Below are positions 26,457 through 36,722 of a stretch of 64,000 nucleotides of DNA, piece after piece. Under the pieces are notes generated by a model, which did not search any database, had not been told where the DNA came from, and saw only the letters and a program-made list of their open reading frames with translations. Position 1 is the first letter of the stretch; every line of letters begins with the position of its first letter. Both the position numbers and the translations under genes were made by a program. Origin of the DNA: an uncultured Gammaproteobacteria bacterium (GTDB lineage: Bacteria > Patescibacteriota > Microgenomatia > Daviesbacterales > UBA10151); contig CAZYPW010000003.1 of the NCBI GenBank assembly GCA_964649615.1, positions 30,132 to 94,131 on the forward strand. The letters are read 5' to 3'.

Positions 26457-27011
26457 ATGGCTGAAAGTTCAATGATTCCTTTGGGGACAAGCTTACCGCA
26501 ATTTTCTTTAGTTGATGTAGTGTCTGACAATACTGTTTCATCTGCTGATTTTTCCGGCAAACCTTTATTGGTGATGTTTATTTGCAGGCATTGCCCGTAT
26601 GTTAAACATGTGCAAAATGAACTGGTAGGATTGGGTAAAGATTACGAAGATAAAATTGGCATGGTGGCAATTTCTTCTAATGATATTGAGAGTTATCCTG
26701 AAGATGCGCCTGATTCTTTAAAACAGCAAGCACAGAAGATTGGATTTAATTTCCCTTATCTTTATGAGGAAAGCCAGGATGTAGCCAAAAGTTTTAGCGC
26801 AGCTTGTACCCCTGATTTATTTCTATTTAATAATGAAGGAAAGTTGGTTTACCGGGGACAATTGGATGACAGCAGACCAGATAGCGGTATTCCAGTGACC
26901 GGAAAAGATTTAAGAGCAGCTATAGATTTCCTACTTTCCGATCGAAGCATAAACTTGGACCAAAAACCCAGTGTGGGTTGTGGCATAAAATGGAAATCTT
27001 CAGTACAATAG
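26457..27011 (+). CDS. Thioredoxin-fold redoxin-family protein (CxxC)
   Basis: KPLLVMFICRHCPYVKH with CxxC. Redoxin/AhpC-TSA-like layout. 184 aa. Confidence 0.55.
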   Translation: MAESSMIPLGTSLPQFSLVDVVSDNTVSSADFSGKPLLVMFICRHCPYVKHVQNELVGLGKDYEDKIGMVAISSNDIESYPEDAPDSLKQQAQKIGFNFPYLYEESQDVAKSFSAACTPDLFLFNNEGKLVYRGQLDDSRPDSGIPVTGKDLRAAIDFLLSDRSINLDQKPSVGCGIKWKSSVQ

Positions 27012-27015
27012 AATA

Positions 27016-28509
27016 GTGAAGCTGATTTTAAAACACAAAGTTGAAATATTAATTATTTTAAGTTTAATTAGCGTATATTTTATTCTAAGGTTGCCTAATT
27101 TAACCTTGCAGCCTATTTTTGCAGATGAGGCAATTTATATCAGATGGGCACAAGTTATGAGAGCAGAGCCCACCTTAAGGTTCCTGCCTGTTTCTGATGG
27201 CAAAACTCCCTTGTTCATGTGGACTTTAATGCCTTTACTTAAATTTATCCCTGATCCACTTTTGGCAGGAAGGCTGCTGTCTGTTTTAGTGGGTTTTTTA
27301 ACTTTGTTAGGAGTATATTTTCTTTCCAAAAAAGTGTTTGGCATACAAGCTGCTTTTTGGGCTGCTCTTTTATATGTAATTACTCCATACACTGTTTTTT
27401 TTGATAGGATGGCTTTGGTGGATTCTATGCTAGCAGGTTTTACTATATGGATAATTTATTTTGCTATCTGGCTTATTAAAAAAACTAGATTAGATATAGC
27501 TATGATTTTAGGATATTTAATAGGAGGAGGGATTTTAACTAAAACTCCTGGGATGATTAATCTGTTGTTACTGCCAATCACCCTTATAGCTGTTAAATGG
27601 AGGAGAAAGTATCCAATTTTAAAAGTAGTGATGTTTTGGACTGTTACTATCTTTGTAGCTTTAGTTATGTATAACATACTGAGGTTAGGACCCCAATTTC
27701 AGATTTTATCTTCTAGAAATACTGACTATGTTTTTTCTCCCCTGGAACTGGTTGGCAGGCCGCTAGATCCTTTTATTCCCCATATGAGAGATCTGTCTGA
27801 TTGGTTTCCCAAACTGTTTACCTGGCCTATACTTTTTTGTATAGCGATAGGCATTTTATATACCTTAATTAAGACTAATAGGCTGGGTTTAATAATCTTA
27901 CTTTGGGCAGTAGTTCCATTGCTGGTTCAGTCTGCCTTTTTAAAAACTTTTACAGCTAGATATTTACTATCTTCTATACCCCCACTTTTAATTATTGGGG
28001 GCTTTGGCATCACCAATCTTTTGCCAAAGTTCTCTGCTTTTAATAGGTTTTCCTACCTTTTAATGCTAATTGTGGTTTTGCCACTGGCTTTAAATTTTGA
28101 CTTCTTGCTTCTTACTGATCCCCAAAAGGCCCCTTTGCCTAGGGCAGAAAGAATTGGTTATTTTGAGGAGTGGACTGCCGGATATGGTTTTTTTGAGATA
28201 GCCTCTTTCCTAAAAGACCAAAGAAGATTGGGAAAAGTAGTAGTTGGAACAGAAGGTTCTTTTGGAACGCTGCCAGATGGTTTACAAATATATCTAGATA
28301 AAGAGGACATAGCAGTAATAGGCAGTACTGGAAGTATTTCTGCACAAATTAAAGGTTCAGCCAAGGATAATTTAACTTTTTTTGTGGGAAATAAATTAAG
28401 GTTAGAAAATGGCATAGATGGAGTAGAAATAATTAAAGAATACCCTAAAGCTAAACCACCAAAAAATGGCAAACAAGATGCAATTGTCTTGTTTAAAGTT
28501 TTGCCTTAA
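27016..28509 (+). CDS. GT-C glycosyltransferase, family 39/83-like (ArnT/PMT-like, polyprenyl-phosphate-sugar dependent)
   Basis: First-loop motif PIFADEAIYIRWAQVM...GKTPLFMW. About 12 TM. Confidence 0.7.
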   Translation: MKLILKHKVEILIILSLISVYFILRLPNLTLQPIFADEAIYIRWAQVMRAEPTLRFLPVSDGKTPLFMWTLMPLLKFIPDPLLAGRLLSVLVGFLTLLGVYFLSKKVFGIQAAFWAALLYVITPYTVFFDRMALVDSMLAGFTIWIIYFAIWLIKKTRLDIAMILGYLIGGGILTKTPGMINLLLLPITLIAVKWRRKYPILKVVMFWTVTIFVALVMYNILRLGPQFQILSSRNTDYVFSPLELVGRPLDPFIPHMRDLSDWFPKLFTWPILFCIAIGILYTLIKTNRLGLIILLWAVVPLLVQSAFLKTFTARYLLSSIPPLLIIGGFGITNLLPKFSAFNRFSYLLMLIVVLPLALNFDFLLLTDPQKAPLPRAERIGYFEEWTAGYGFFEIASFLKDQRRLGKVVVGTEGSFGTLPDGLQIYLDKEDIAVIGSTGSISAQIKGSAKDNLTFFVGNKLRLENGIDGVEIIKEYPKAKPPKNGKQDAIVLFKVLP

Positions 28510-28513
28510 GGAA

Positions 28514-30217
28514 ATGGATTTTTTAAAAAATAGGCCTTACAAATTTTGGCTTATCCTAACAATTATTTTTATCATGCCTACCTTTTATCAACTATTAAGG
28601 TTAGGTTTTTTTCCAATGCAGGATGACCTGCAGGCCTTTAGAGTGCATCAAATGGTTAAGTGCTTAAAAGATTTTCAAATCCCCTGCAGATGGGTTCCTG
28701 ACATGGGTTATCAATATGGCTATCCCCAGTTTAACTACTATAGCCCAACACCTTATTATTTTGGAGCTTTGCTTAATTTATTAGGTTTACAAATTATTGA
28801 TTCAGTGAAGATTTTATTTATAGCAGGATTTATTTTATCAGCAGCCTCAATGTTTGTTTTTTTAAAAGCTTTATTTAATCCTCAAATTGCCTTTGTTGGG
28901 TCAGTCTTTTATAGCTATGCCCCTATTAAAGCATCCCAAGTTTATGTCAGAGGATCTCTTAGTGAATTTTGGGCATTTATCTTTTTGCCTTTAATTTTTT
29001 GGTCAACTTTGCAGTTAATCAGATTAGGTAAAGTTAAATATCTGATTTGGTTTTCTATCTCCCTTTTTTTACTGCTGACTACTCATAATTTAACGACCTT
29101 TATTTTTTTACCAATACTTTTAGGGTGGTTTTTTTTAACTGCATTCTTAGAAAAAAAATGGCAGAATTTAACTTGGGTGGGAATGGGATTTCTTTTAGGA
29201 GCAGGATTGGCATCTTTTTATCTTTTGCCTTTAATATTTGAGAGAGATTATGTTCATCTGGAAAGTTTATTGGGAGGATATTTTGATTATAGGCAGCATT
29301 TTGTCAGTATTAAGCAGTTACTTTTTTCTAATTATTTTGGGTATGGGTCTTCTGTGTTTGGATTAAATGATGAGGTCAGTTTATCAGTGGGAATCATGCA
29401 TGGAGTTTTTGGACTGTTAGCCTTAATCTTGTCAATGCTCTTTTTTAAAAAAGATAAAAAGATCTCTCTAATAATTTGGAGCTTGTTTTTGCTAGAAACT
29501 TTAGTTTTATTTTTAATGCATCAAAGATCTTCATTTATTTGGGAAAGAATTCCTCTTTTGCACTGGCTACAATTTCCCTGGAGGTTTTTAACTATCTCTT
29601 TATTCTTGCTGACAATTTTAGGTGTAAGCAGCATTTATCTAATCAATAAAATTAATCAAAAAGCAGCCCTTTTTATAAGTTTAATATTAATTACCAGTGT
29701 CATTGTTTTACACGGCGGATTTTATAAACCCCGTGAATGGTTTAATATTTCAGATCAGGAAAAATTTTCTGGCCAGTTGTGGGAAAAACAGTTAACAATC
29801 AGTATTTTTGACTATCTTCCTATTTATGCTAAACTTCCTCCTAATAAAAAGGCTCCTTTGGAACCAGAGGTTTTAGAAGGTGATGTAAAATTTATCAGTT
29901 ACAAAAAAGGAAGCAATTTTCAAAAAGGGGTAATTGAAGTGGGAGGGGATTCTATTATTAGAGTTCCCTTATTTGATTTTCCTGGCATGGCAGTTAGGCT
30001 AAATAATCAAAAGATTATTCATAAAAATAATGATTGCAGGGGGGAGGAATATTGTTTTGGATTAATAACTTTTGCAGTTCCTCAAGGTCAGCATACCTTT
30101 GAAGTTAAACTAGAAGATACCTTTATTAGGGCATTAGGGAATATAATAAGTTTAATTAGTATTTTGGCATTGTTCTTCTTAATATTTAAAAATTATGGTT
30201 CTAAAAAGATTAATTGA
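28514..30217 (+). CDS. Polytopic membrane protein of an uncharacterised GT-C-like family (conserved KCxxDFQIPCRWVPDxGxxYGYPxFNYY loop); paralog 1 of 4
   Basis: HQMVKCLKDFQIPCRWVPDMGYQYGYPQFNYYSPTPYYF. About 13 TM, then C-terminal extracytoplasmic domain plus TM anchor. Start moved to ATG 28514 (upstream part overlaps previous gene). Confidence 0.5.
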   Translation: MDFLKNRPYKFWLILTIIFIMPTFYQLLRLGFFPMQDDLQAFRVHQMVKCLKDFQIPCRWVPDMGYQYGYPQFNYYSPTPYYFGALLNLLGLQIIDSVKILFIAGFILSAASMFVFLKALFNPQIAFVGSVFYSYAPIKASQVYVRGSLSEFWAFIFLPLIFWSTLQLIRLGKVKYLIWFSISLFLLLTTHNLTTFIFLPILLGWFFLTAFLEKKWQNLTWVGMGFLLGAGLASFYLLPLIFERDYVHLESLLGGYFDYRQHFVSIKQLLFSNYFGYGSSVFGLNDEVSLSVGIMHGVFGLLALILSMLFFKKDKKISLIIWSLFLLETLVLFLMHQRSSFIWERIPLLHWLQFPWRFLTISLFLLTILGVSSIYLINKINQKAALFISLILITSVIVLHGGFYKPREWFNISDQEKFSGQLWEKQLTISIFDYLPIYAKLPPNKKAPLEPEVLEGDVKFISYKKGSNFQKGVIEVGGDSIIRVPLFDFPGMAVRLNNQKIIHKNNDCRGEEYCFGLITFAVPQGQHTFEVKLEDTFIRALGNIISLISILALFFLIFKNYGSKKIN

Positions 30218-31862
30218 TAAATTCTGGCCACATTTAATTATTTTTATTTTATCTTTACTAGTTGCTTGGCCAATTTTTTTGCCTGGATATTTTTCCCATC
30301 ATGATGATTTGCAGGTTATGAGAGTTTTTGAGATGAGAAAATGCCTGGAGGATTTTCAGATTCCTTGTAGGTGGGTACCAGATTTAGGTTTTGGCAACGG
30401 CTATCCTTTATTTAATTACTATAATAGCCTTCCTTATTATATAGGAGCTTTAGCCAGTTTTACCCTGGGCTTTATAGGCGGGGCAAAATTATTATTCTTA
30501 ATTGCTGTAATCTTGGCTGGATTCTCCATGTATCTTTTAGCAAATAGGCTTTTTGGATTATATCCTAGCTTAGTGGCAGCTACCCTTTATATATATGCAC
30601 CATATAGAGCACTGGATATATATGTTAGAGGTGCAATTGCTGAGAGTTTTTCTTTGGCGATCATCCCGCTAGTATTTTATTTTGCCATAAGAGCCTCAAA
30701 GGAAAACTTAGTAAAAAATTATATCTTCCTGAGCCTTTCCCTGGCAGCTTTTCTAGCTAGCCATAATATTATGACCCTGCTTTTTTCACCTTTAATAGTT
30801 CTTTTTTTTATCATTATGCTTTGGGGAAAAAATTGGCAGGTAGCTAAAAAGACCCTATTTTTTATAAGTCTAGGGTTGGGGTTGTCTAGTTTTTTTATTT
30901 TGCCGGCATTTTTGGAAAAAGATTTAGTGCAGATAGATAATTTGACAAGATTAGAGCTAGATTTCAGAGCCCACTTTGTCACTTTACCTCAACTCTTTTT
31001 AGATAGAACTTGGGGTTATGGGGCTTCCTTTCCTGGAGTGGGGGACACTATTTCTTTTCAGGTAGGTTGGCCTCATTGGTTAATAGTGATTTTATCTATT
31101 CCCTCGTTAGTTTTCTTAAAAAGAAAGAACCTGAGATTATTTTGGCTCAGTTTAATGATGTTGCTATTTTTTAGTTTCCCCCTATTTATGGCTCATAACA
31201 GGTCTGCCTTTATTTGGGAACAGATTGGGATTTTGAGGTTTACCCAATTTCCCTGGAGATTTTTATCAGTGGCAATTTTTACTAGTAGCTTATTAGGTGC
31301 AATTTTAATTTATAACTTTAAAATTAGTTGGCAAAAAATCATGGTTATCATCTTAGTTCCAGTAATAATTTTGTTAAATTGGAGTTACTTTAGGCCACAT
31401 CAATTTTATCCAAATCTCACAGACCAGGAAAAGCTTTCGGGAGTACTTTGGCAGACCCAGCAAAGAGCTTCAATCCTGGACTATCTTCCTGTTACTGCTG
31501 TGGAACCTAGGGAAGCAGCCCCATCAGAACCTATTATTGTCTCAGGCCAAGCAGAAGTTAATAATTTTAAGAACAGGTCAAATAGATGGGAATTTAAAAT
31601 AAATGTTTTATCACCAACTGTTGTAGAAATGCCAGTGTTTGATTTTCCTAAGTGGCAGGTATATGTAGATGGAAAGAAGGTAGATCACTCAAATAAAAAT
31701 TACTTGGGCAGAATAAGCATCAATCTCCCTTCTGGTAATTATAAAGTGGTAGGAAAATTTGAAAATACCCCAATAAGGATTCTGGGTAACCTTGTTACCT
31801 TTGTTTCTATTGCAATTATTATATTTTTAACCTATGGGAAAATTGGAAAAATTAGTAGATAA
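30195..31862 (+). CDS. Same family, paralog 2 of 4
   Basis: FEMRKCLEDFQIPCRWVPDLGFGNGYPLFNYYNSLPYYI. Same architecture. Confidence 0.5.
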   Translation: MVLKRLIDKFWPHLIIFILSLLVAWPIFLPGYFSHHDDLQVMRVFEMRKCLEDFQIPCRWVPDLGFGNGYPLFNYYNSLPYYIGALASFTLGFIGGAKLLFLIAVILAGFSMYLLANRLFGLYPSLVAATLYIYAPYRALDIYVRGAIAESFSLAIIPLVFYFAIRASKENLVKNYIFLSLSLAAFLASHNIMTLLFSPLIVLFFIIMLWGKNWQVAKKTLFFISLGLGLSSFFILPAFLEKDLVQIDNLTRLELDFRAHFVTLPQLFLDRTWGYGASFPGVGDTISFQVGWPHWLIVILSIPSLVFLKRKNLRLFWLSLMMLLFFSFPLFMAHNRSAFIWEQIGILRFTQFPWRFLSVAIFTSSLLGAILIYNFKISWQKIMVIILVPVIILLNWSYFRPHQFYPNLTDQEKLSGVLWQTQQRASILDYLPVTAVEPREAAPSEPIIVSGQAEVNNFKNRSNRWEFKINVLSPTVVEMPVFDFPKWQVYVDGKKVDHSNKNYLGRISINLPSGNYKVVGKFENTPIRILGNLVTFVSIAIIIFLTYGKIGKISR

Positions 31863-33510
31863 ATACTGGTTTATTATCTTAATAGTTCTGTCCATTCCCG
31901 CTACTTGGGCATTATTTGTTAATGGTTACTATGGAGCTTCAGATGATATGCATCCGGCTTGGTTATATGAGCTGGATAAAACCATAAAGTTAGGACAAAT
32001 CCCTCCCAGGTTTGTACCAGATTTGAGTTTTGGATTTGGTTATCCCTTATTCAATTTTGCCTTTCCTCTGCCTTTTTATATAGCAGAGGTTTTCCATCTG
32101 TTAGGATTTTCCCTGGTTGATAGCATTAAAACAGTTTTTTTCTTAAGCATTCCTCTTTCAGCTTATTTTATGTATCTCTTTTTAAGAGAGTTTATAAGTA
32201 GAACTTTAAGTTTAGCTGGGGCAGTTCTTTATATCTATGCTCCTTACAGAGCAGTTGATATATATATCAGGGGAACAATAGGGGAGATTGTTAGTTTTAT
32301 ATTCTTACCGCTGATCTTTTTGTCTTTATTTAAGCTAAAGCATGCTTTCAACGGGAGATGGATTGGGATTGGAGGGTTTGCTCTTGCTTCCCTAGTCTTG
32401 TCGCACAATATTGCTGCTTATATGTTTTTTCCTTTTTTAATCCTATTTTTTGTATTGCATTTAATTTTTTCCTCAAAAAAATTACTATTTTTAATAAATT
32501 CTATTTTGATGGTTTTTCTAGCCCTTTTGATCAGTATTTATTTTTGGCTACCAGCACTAGTAGAAAGTAGTTTAATGAAGTATGATGCTGTTTTTAATTT
32601 TGCTGATCATTTTCCTACTATTAAACAGCTATTTACTCCCTATTGGGGGTACGGGTCTTCAGTGCCTGGGCCTTATGATGGCATGTCTTTCTTTTTAGGA
32701 ACTGTACATATTTTAATGATAGTTTTGGGTATAAGTTTATCTATCAGTTTTTGGAAAAAGTTTAATAAAAATATCAAGATATTACTAATATGGGTTTTTT
32801 TGTCTTTAAGTGCTGTCTTTTTCATCATGAACTATAGATCTTCTTTTTTATGGAGCAACATCCCTCTTCTGCCTTATTTTCAATTTCCTTGGAGATTTTT
32901 AATATTAACTACTTTTGCCATACCACTATTGATAGTAGTTTTTGATAAGTTTAAGCATAAATATAGTATTTCTTTGTTAATAATTATTATTACTTTAATT
33001 ACAGGTTGGAGTTATTTTCGGCCTCAAGATTTTCTGGGCCGCCAGGATGTTTATTATCTAAACCGCTATATTCCCACTCCAACTGCAAGTTTAGAATATT
33101 TAAAAATTCAAGAAGAATATTTACGATTACCAAAAAATACTGATAAAAGGCCGGATCGGAATTATCCTTTGGTTTTTATAGATAATGGATTAATTAAACA
33201 GGTAAGCAGGATAAATGACTTGGATGTTTTAATAAGAACGGAGGCAACTTCAGTTGCCACACTTAATTATAGTAAATATTTGTTTCCTGGTTGGGTGGCT
33301 GAAATAGATGGTCAGAAAACAGAAACTTTAGCTGGTAAACCATTTGGACAAATTACTGTGAATGTAGCTTCAGGCAGCCATACAGTTAAAATTATATTTG
33401 AGGAAACAAACTTTAAGAGATTCTTAAATGCTATCTCTTTGGTTAGTTTTTTAGTATCATTAGGATTAATCACAAACTTGTGGCCTCGAGTATTCAGACT
33501 CTTTAAGTAG
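31834..33510 (+). CDS. Same family, paralog 3 of 4 (lacks the conserved Cys pair)
   Basis: YELDKTIKLGQIPPRFVPDLSFGFGYPLFNFAFPLPFYI. Same architecture. Confidence 0.5.
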   Translation: MGKLEKLVDKYWFIILIVLSIPATWALFVNGYYGASDDMHPAWLYELDKTIKLGQIPPRFVPDLSFGFGYPLFNFAFPLPFYIAEVFHLLGFSLVDSIKTVFFLSIPLSAYFMYLFLREFISRTLSLAGAVLYIYAPYRAVDIYIRGTIGEIVSFIFLPLIFLSLFKLKHAFNGRWIGIGGFALASLVLSHNIAAYMFFPFLILFFVLHLIFSSKKLLFLINSILMVFLALLISIYFWLPALVESSLMKYDAVFNFADHFPTIKQLFTPYWGYGSSVPGPYDGMSFFLGTVHILMIVLGISLSISFWKKFNKNIKILLIWVFLSLSAVFFIMNYRSSFLWSNIPLLPYFQFPWRFLILTTFAIPLLIVVFDKFKHKYSISLLIIIITLITGWSYFRPQDFLGRQDVYYLNRYIPTPTASLEYLKIQEEYLRLPKNTDKRPDRNYPLVFIDNGLIKQVSRINDLDVLIRTEATSVATLNYSKYLFPGWVAEIDGQKTETLAGKPFGQITVNVASGSHTVKIIFEETNFKRFLNAISLVSFLVSLGLITNLWPRVFRLFK

Positions 33511-33519
33511 AAAAAGATT

Positions 33520-35253
33520 ATGCTTCCAATAAATATTTTTAAGAATAAAATTTTAAAGAGCAATTGGCCATTTTTTGTAGGTTTGATCTTAACGCTCAGC
33601 CTCCTTTGGCCACTTGTGGCTGCATCCTTTTTTAACCATCATGATGATGTCCAGGTAATTAGGCTTCATCAAATGGATAAATGTTTTAAAGACTTTCAAA
33701 TTCCTTGCAGGTGGGTACCAGACTTAGGAGGTCTATATGGTTACCCGATTTTTAACTATTATGCCCCAATGCCTTATTACTTTGGTGAAGTTATTTATTT
33801 TCTAAGCAATAATTTAATTTTTTCAGTAAAAATAATGTTTGCAGTAAGCTTTGTGGGAAGCTTTCTCTTTATGTATCTTCTCTCATCTCGTTTTTGGGGG
33901 AAATTGGGAGGTGCGTTATCTGCCATTTTTTATAGCTTTGCACCATATCATGCTCTAGATTTTTATGTCAGGGGGGCAATGGGTGAGATGTGGGCATTAA
34001 TGTTTTTTCCGGCCATCTTGTGGAGTGTAGTTAGGCTTGAGGATAAAACAAATGTTAAAAATCTAATATTTTTTTCTATCTTTTTATTTTTTCTTATAAC
34101 TTCCCATAATCTTTCAACTATTATTTTTTCACCAATAATTTTGGTTTGGATTTTTGTTCTTTATTTGAAAGATAAACACAAAAAATTTATCCTGTTTAGT
34201 TTAATGGGGATAATTTTAGGAGTTTTATTATCTGCATTTTACCTTTTCCCCATGGCTTTGGAAAAAAATCTGGTTCATGTTGAGACAACAACTTATGGAT
34301 ACTTTTCCTATACTGAGCATTTTAAGGGTTTAAGGAAATTGATTCTTGATAGATCCTGGGGCTGGGGAGGTTCTGTACGGGAAGTGCCAGGAGGAGAAAG
34401 AGAAGGCTTGTCATATCAAATAGGTTGGATTCATCTTCTAGCTTTGGCCTTATCTGTTATATCAGCCAAATACCTTATGAATAAAAACAGATGGTTAAGC
34501 TGGGTCATTATTTCATCAATAACTTTAGTTTTAATAAGTATTTTTATGATACATCCAAGGTCACAATTTATTTGGAAGATATTTGACGGGACACTTCGTT
34601 TTATTCAATTCCCCTGGAGATTTCTGATGATTACTATATTTTTTATATCTTTTATGTCGGGAAGCATATTTTTAAGAGGTATAAAGAGAGAAAAATTAGC
34701 TTGGAGTATTTTAGTTATTCTAGTTGTAACAGCTAATTTCTTTTATTTTAGGCCTGAGAAATTTTTATCAGCTACAGATAAAGATTTATTGTCAGGTGAA
34801 AATTGGGAAAGGCAAATAAAAAGATCAATATTTGATTATTTGCCTAAATCTGCTAAAGAACCCCCTGCTGAACTTGCCAAAGAAAGATATAAAATTTTAA
34901 CTGGAGATTCGCAAATTTTTGATTTTGAGCAAGGATCAAACTGGTTAAAATTTAAAACAGAGACCAATACTCATACTATTATCCGTTTATCCCAGTATTA
35001 TTTTCCGGGTTGGAAAATTCTAATAGATGGAAAAGAAACAAATGTAGAATATGCCAACAATAGTTTGGGTTTAATGACTATTATTTTAGGTAGAGGCAAC
35101 CATTTAGTTGAAGGTAGATTATATGATACCCAAATAAGGACTATTGGTAATATTACTACTTTAGTATTTTGGGTAGGGTTAGTTTTTGTCTTATTATTAC
35201 AATTCAAAAAAGTTCATCAATGGATTGAATATTATAGGAGGAGAATTAATTAA
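33520..35253 (+). CDS. Same family, paralog 4 of 4
   Basis: HQMDKCFKDFQIPCRWVPDLGGLYGYPIFNYYAPMPYYF. Same architecture. Confidence 0.5.
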   Translation: MLPINIFKNKILKSNWPFFVGLILTLSLLWPLVAASFFNHHDDVQVIRLHQMDKCFKDFQIPCRWVPDLGGLYGYPIFNYYAPMPYYFGEVIYFLSNNLIFSVKIMFAVSFVGSFLFMYLLSSRFWGKLGGALSAIFYSFAPYHALDFYVRGAMGEMWALMFFPAILWSVVRLEDKTNVKNLIFFSIFLFFLITSHNLSTIIFSPIILVWIFVLYLKDKHKKFILFSLMGIILGVLLSAFYLFPMALEKNLVHVETTTYGYFSYTEHFKGLRKLILDRSWGWGGSVREVPGGEREGLSYQIGWIHLLALALSVISAKYLMNKNRWLSWVIISSITLVLISIFMIHPRSQFIWKIFDGTLRFIQFPWRFLMITIFFISFMSGSIFLRGIKREKLAWSILVILVVTANFFYFRPEKFLSATDKDLLSGENWERQIKRSIFDYLPKSAKEPPAELAKERYKILTGDSQIFDFEQGSNWLKFKTETNTHTIIRLSQYYFPGWKILIDGKETNVEYANNSLGLMTIILGRGNHLVEGRLYDTQIRTIGNITTLVFWVGLVFVLLLQFKKVHQWIEYYRRRIN

Positions 35254-36722
35254 TGGAAAGTGTTGAACAACTTGATCCAACAGCTGAAGTTTCTTCAGAA
35301 GCAGTCAAAAAGAAAGTAGTGGGAGGAGCTGCAATTTTAACCGCCAGAACTATATTTATGCAGGCGGTTTCTTTTGTCTCAGTAGGATTACTCACAGTTT
35401 TTTTAGAACCTGCCGAATATGGAGTTTTCTTTTTAGTCTCAGCAGTTATAAGTTTTTTGGCATATTTTGGTGACATTGGTTTTGCAGCAGCACTCATACA
35501 GAAAAAAGAGAAACTAACAAATAATGATTTAAAAACTATCTTCACTATACAACAAATTCTGGCTTTGATTTTGTTAATTATTACTTTTTTAATTAGTGGG
35601 GTAATTAGGAATACCTATAATCTTTCTCAGGAAGCAATTTATCTGTTATGGGCATTAGCTTTTTCTTTACTTCTATCCTCCTTAAAAACTATACCGTCAG
35701 TTTTACTTGAAAGAAAATTGGAATTTAACAAATGGATAATACCTCAAATAATAGAAACAGTAGTTTTTAATATCACAACAGTTTATTTAGCTTATAAGGG
35801 ATTTGGAGTAACTAGTTTTACAGTGGGAGTTTTATTGAGAGGATTTTCGGGCCTTTTTTTAACATACTTGATTCAACCGTGGATGCCAGGATTTTCATTC
35901 TCTAAGGATTCAATAAAAGGGTTATTAAAATTTGGAATACCCTATCAATTAAATATATTTTTAGCCATGGTAAAAGATGATGGTATGATTTTACTTTTAG
36001 GAAATATTTTAGGTCCCTCAGGACTTGGATTTTTAGCTTGGGCACAGAAATGGGCATACTCTCCTTTAAGGTTTTTTATGGACCAGGTAATAAAAGTAAC
36101 CTTTCCTGCATTTTCTCGTATACAAGATAAAAAAGAGGAGTTATCCTTGATGGTTACAAAATCAATTTTTTTCGTTTGTTTACTTGTTTTTCCTTCATTA
36201 ATTATGATAGTACTGCTTGCACCAACTTTGGTTTCAATAATCCCAAAATATTATAAATGGGAACCTGCTCTCTTCGCACTCTCTATTTTAACTATTACCT
36301 CGGCTTTGGCAGCAATCACAACCCCTTTAACCAATACCTTAAATGCAATTGGCAAAATATCAGTTACTTTTAAACTAATGATTATGTGGACTGTTTTAAC
36401 TTGGATTTTTGTTCCAGTTTTTACTTATTTATACGGATTAAATGGAGCAGCTACTGGTTTTACTTTGGTGGGCTTAAGCTCATTTGTAGCTTTATTTTTA
36501 GTTGCTAAATATATCAGGATTAACTATTTACAAAGCGTTGGTAAGCCCTTAGTGATTGCTATTATAATGGGAATGTGTGTAATTTTGGTTAAAAATATGG
36601 TCAACCCTTCTCTTAATCAGATAATAGTAATGGTCACAACCTCTTTTATTAGTTTTGTGATAGCAACATTAATTATTGAACCATCAATATTAAAATTAGT
36701 TAAATCCCAGTTTAAAAAATGA
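35253..36722 (+). CDS. wzx: Wzx-like oligosaccharide/polysaccharide flippase (MOP superfamily polysaccharide biosynthesis protein)
   Basis: 489 aa, about 12-14 TM, typical polysaccharide-biosynthesis-protein organisation. Embedded in the glycosylation locus. Confidence 0.6.
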   Translation: MESVEQLDPTAEVSSEAVKKKVVGGAAILTARTIFMQAVSFVSVGLLTVFLEPAEYGVFFLVSAVISFLAYFGDIGFAAALIQKKEKLTNNDLKTIFTIQQILALILLIITFLISGVIRNTYNLSQEAIYLLWALAFSLLLSSLKTIPSVLLERKLEFNKWIIPQIIETVVFNITTVYLAYKGFGVTSFTVGVLLRGFSGLFLTYLIQPWMPGFSFSKDSIKGLLKFGIPYQLNIFLAMVKDDGMILLLGNILGPSGLGFLAWAQKWAYSPLRFFMDQVIKVTFPAFSRIQDKKEELSLMVTKSIFFVCLLVFPSLIMIVLLAPTLVSIIPKYYKWEPALFALSILTITSALAAITTPLTNTLNAIGKISVTFKLMIMWTVLTWIFVPVFTYLYGLNGAATGFTLVGLSSFVALFLVAKYIRINYLQSVGKPLVIAIIMGMCVILVKNMVNPSLNQIIVMVTTSFISFVIATLIIEPSILKLVKSQFKK

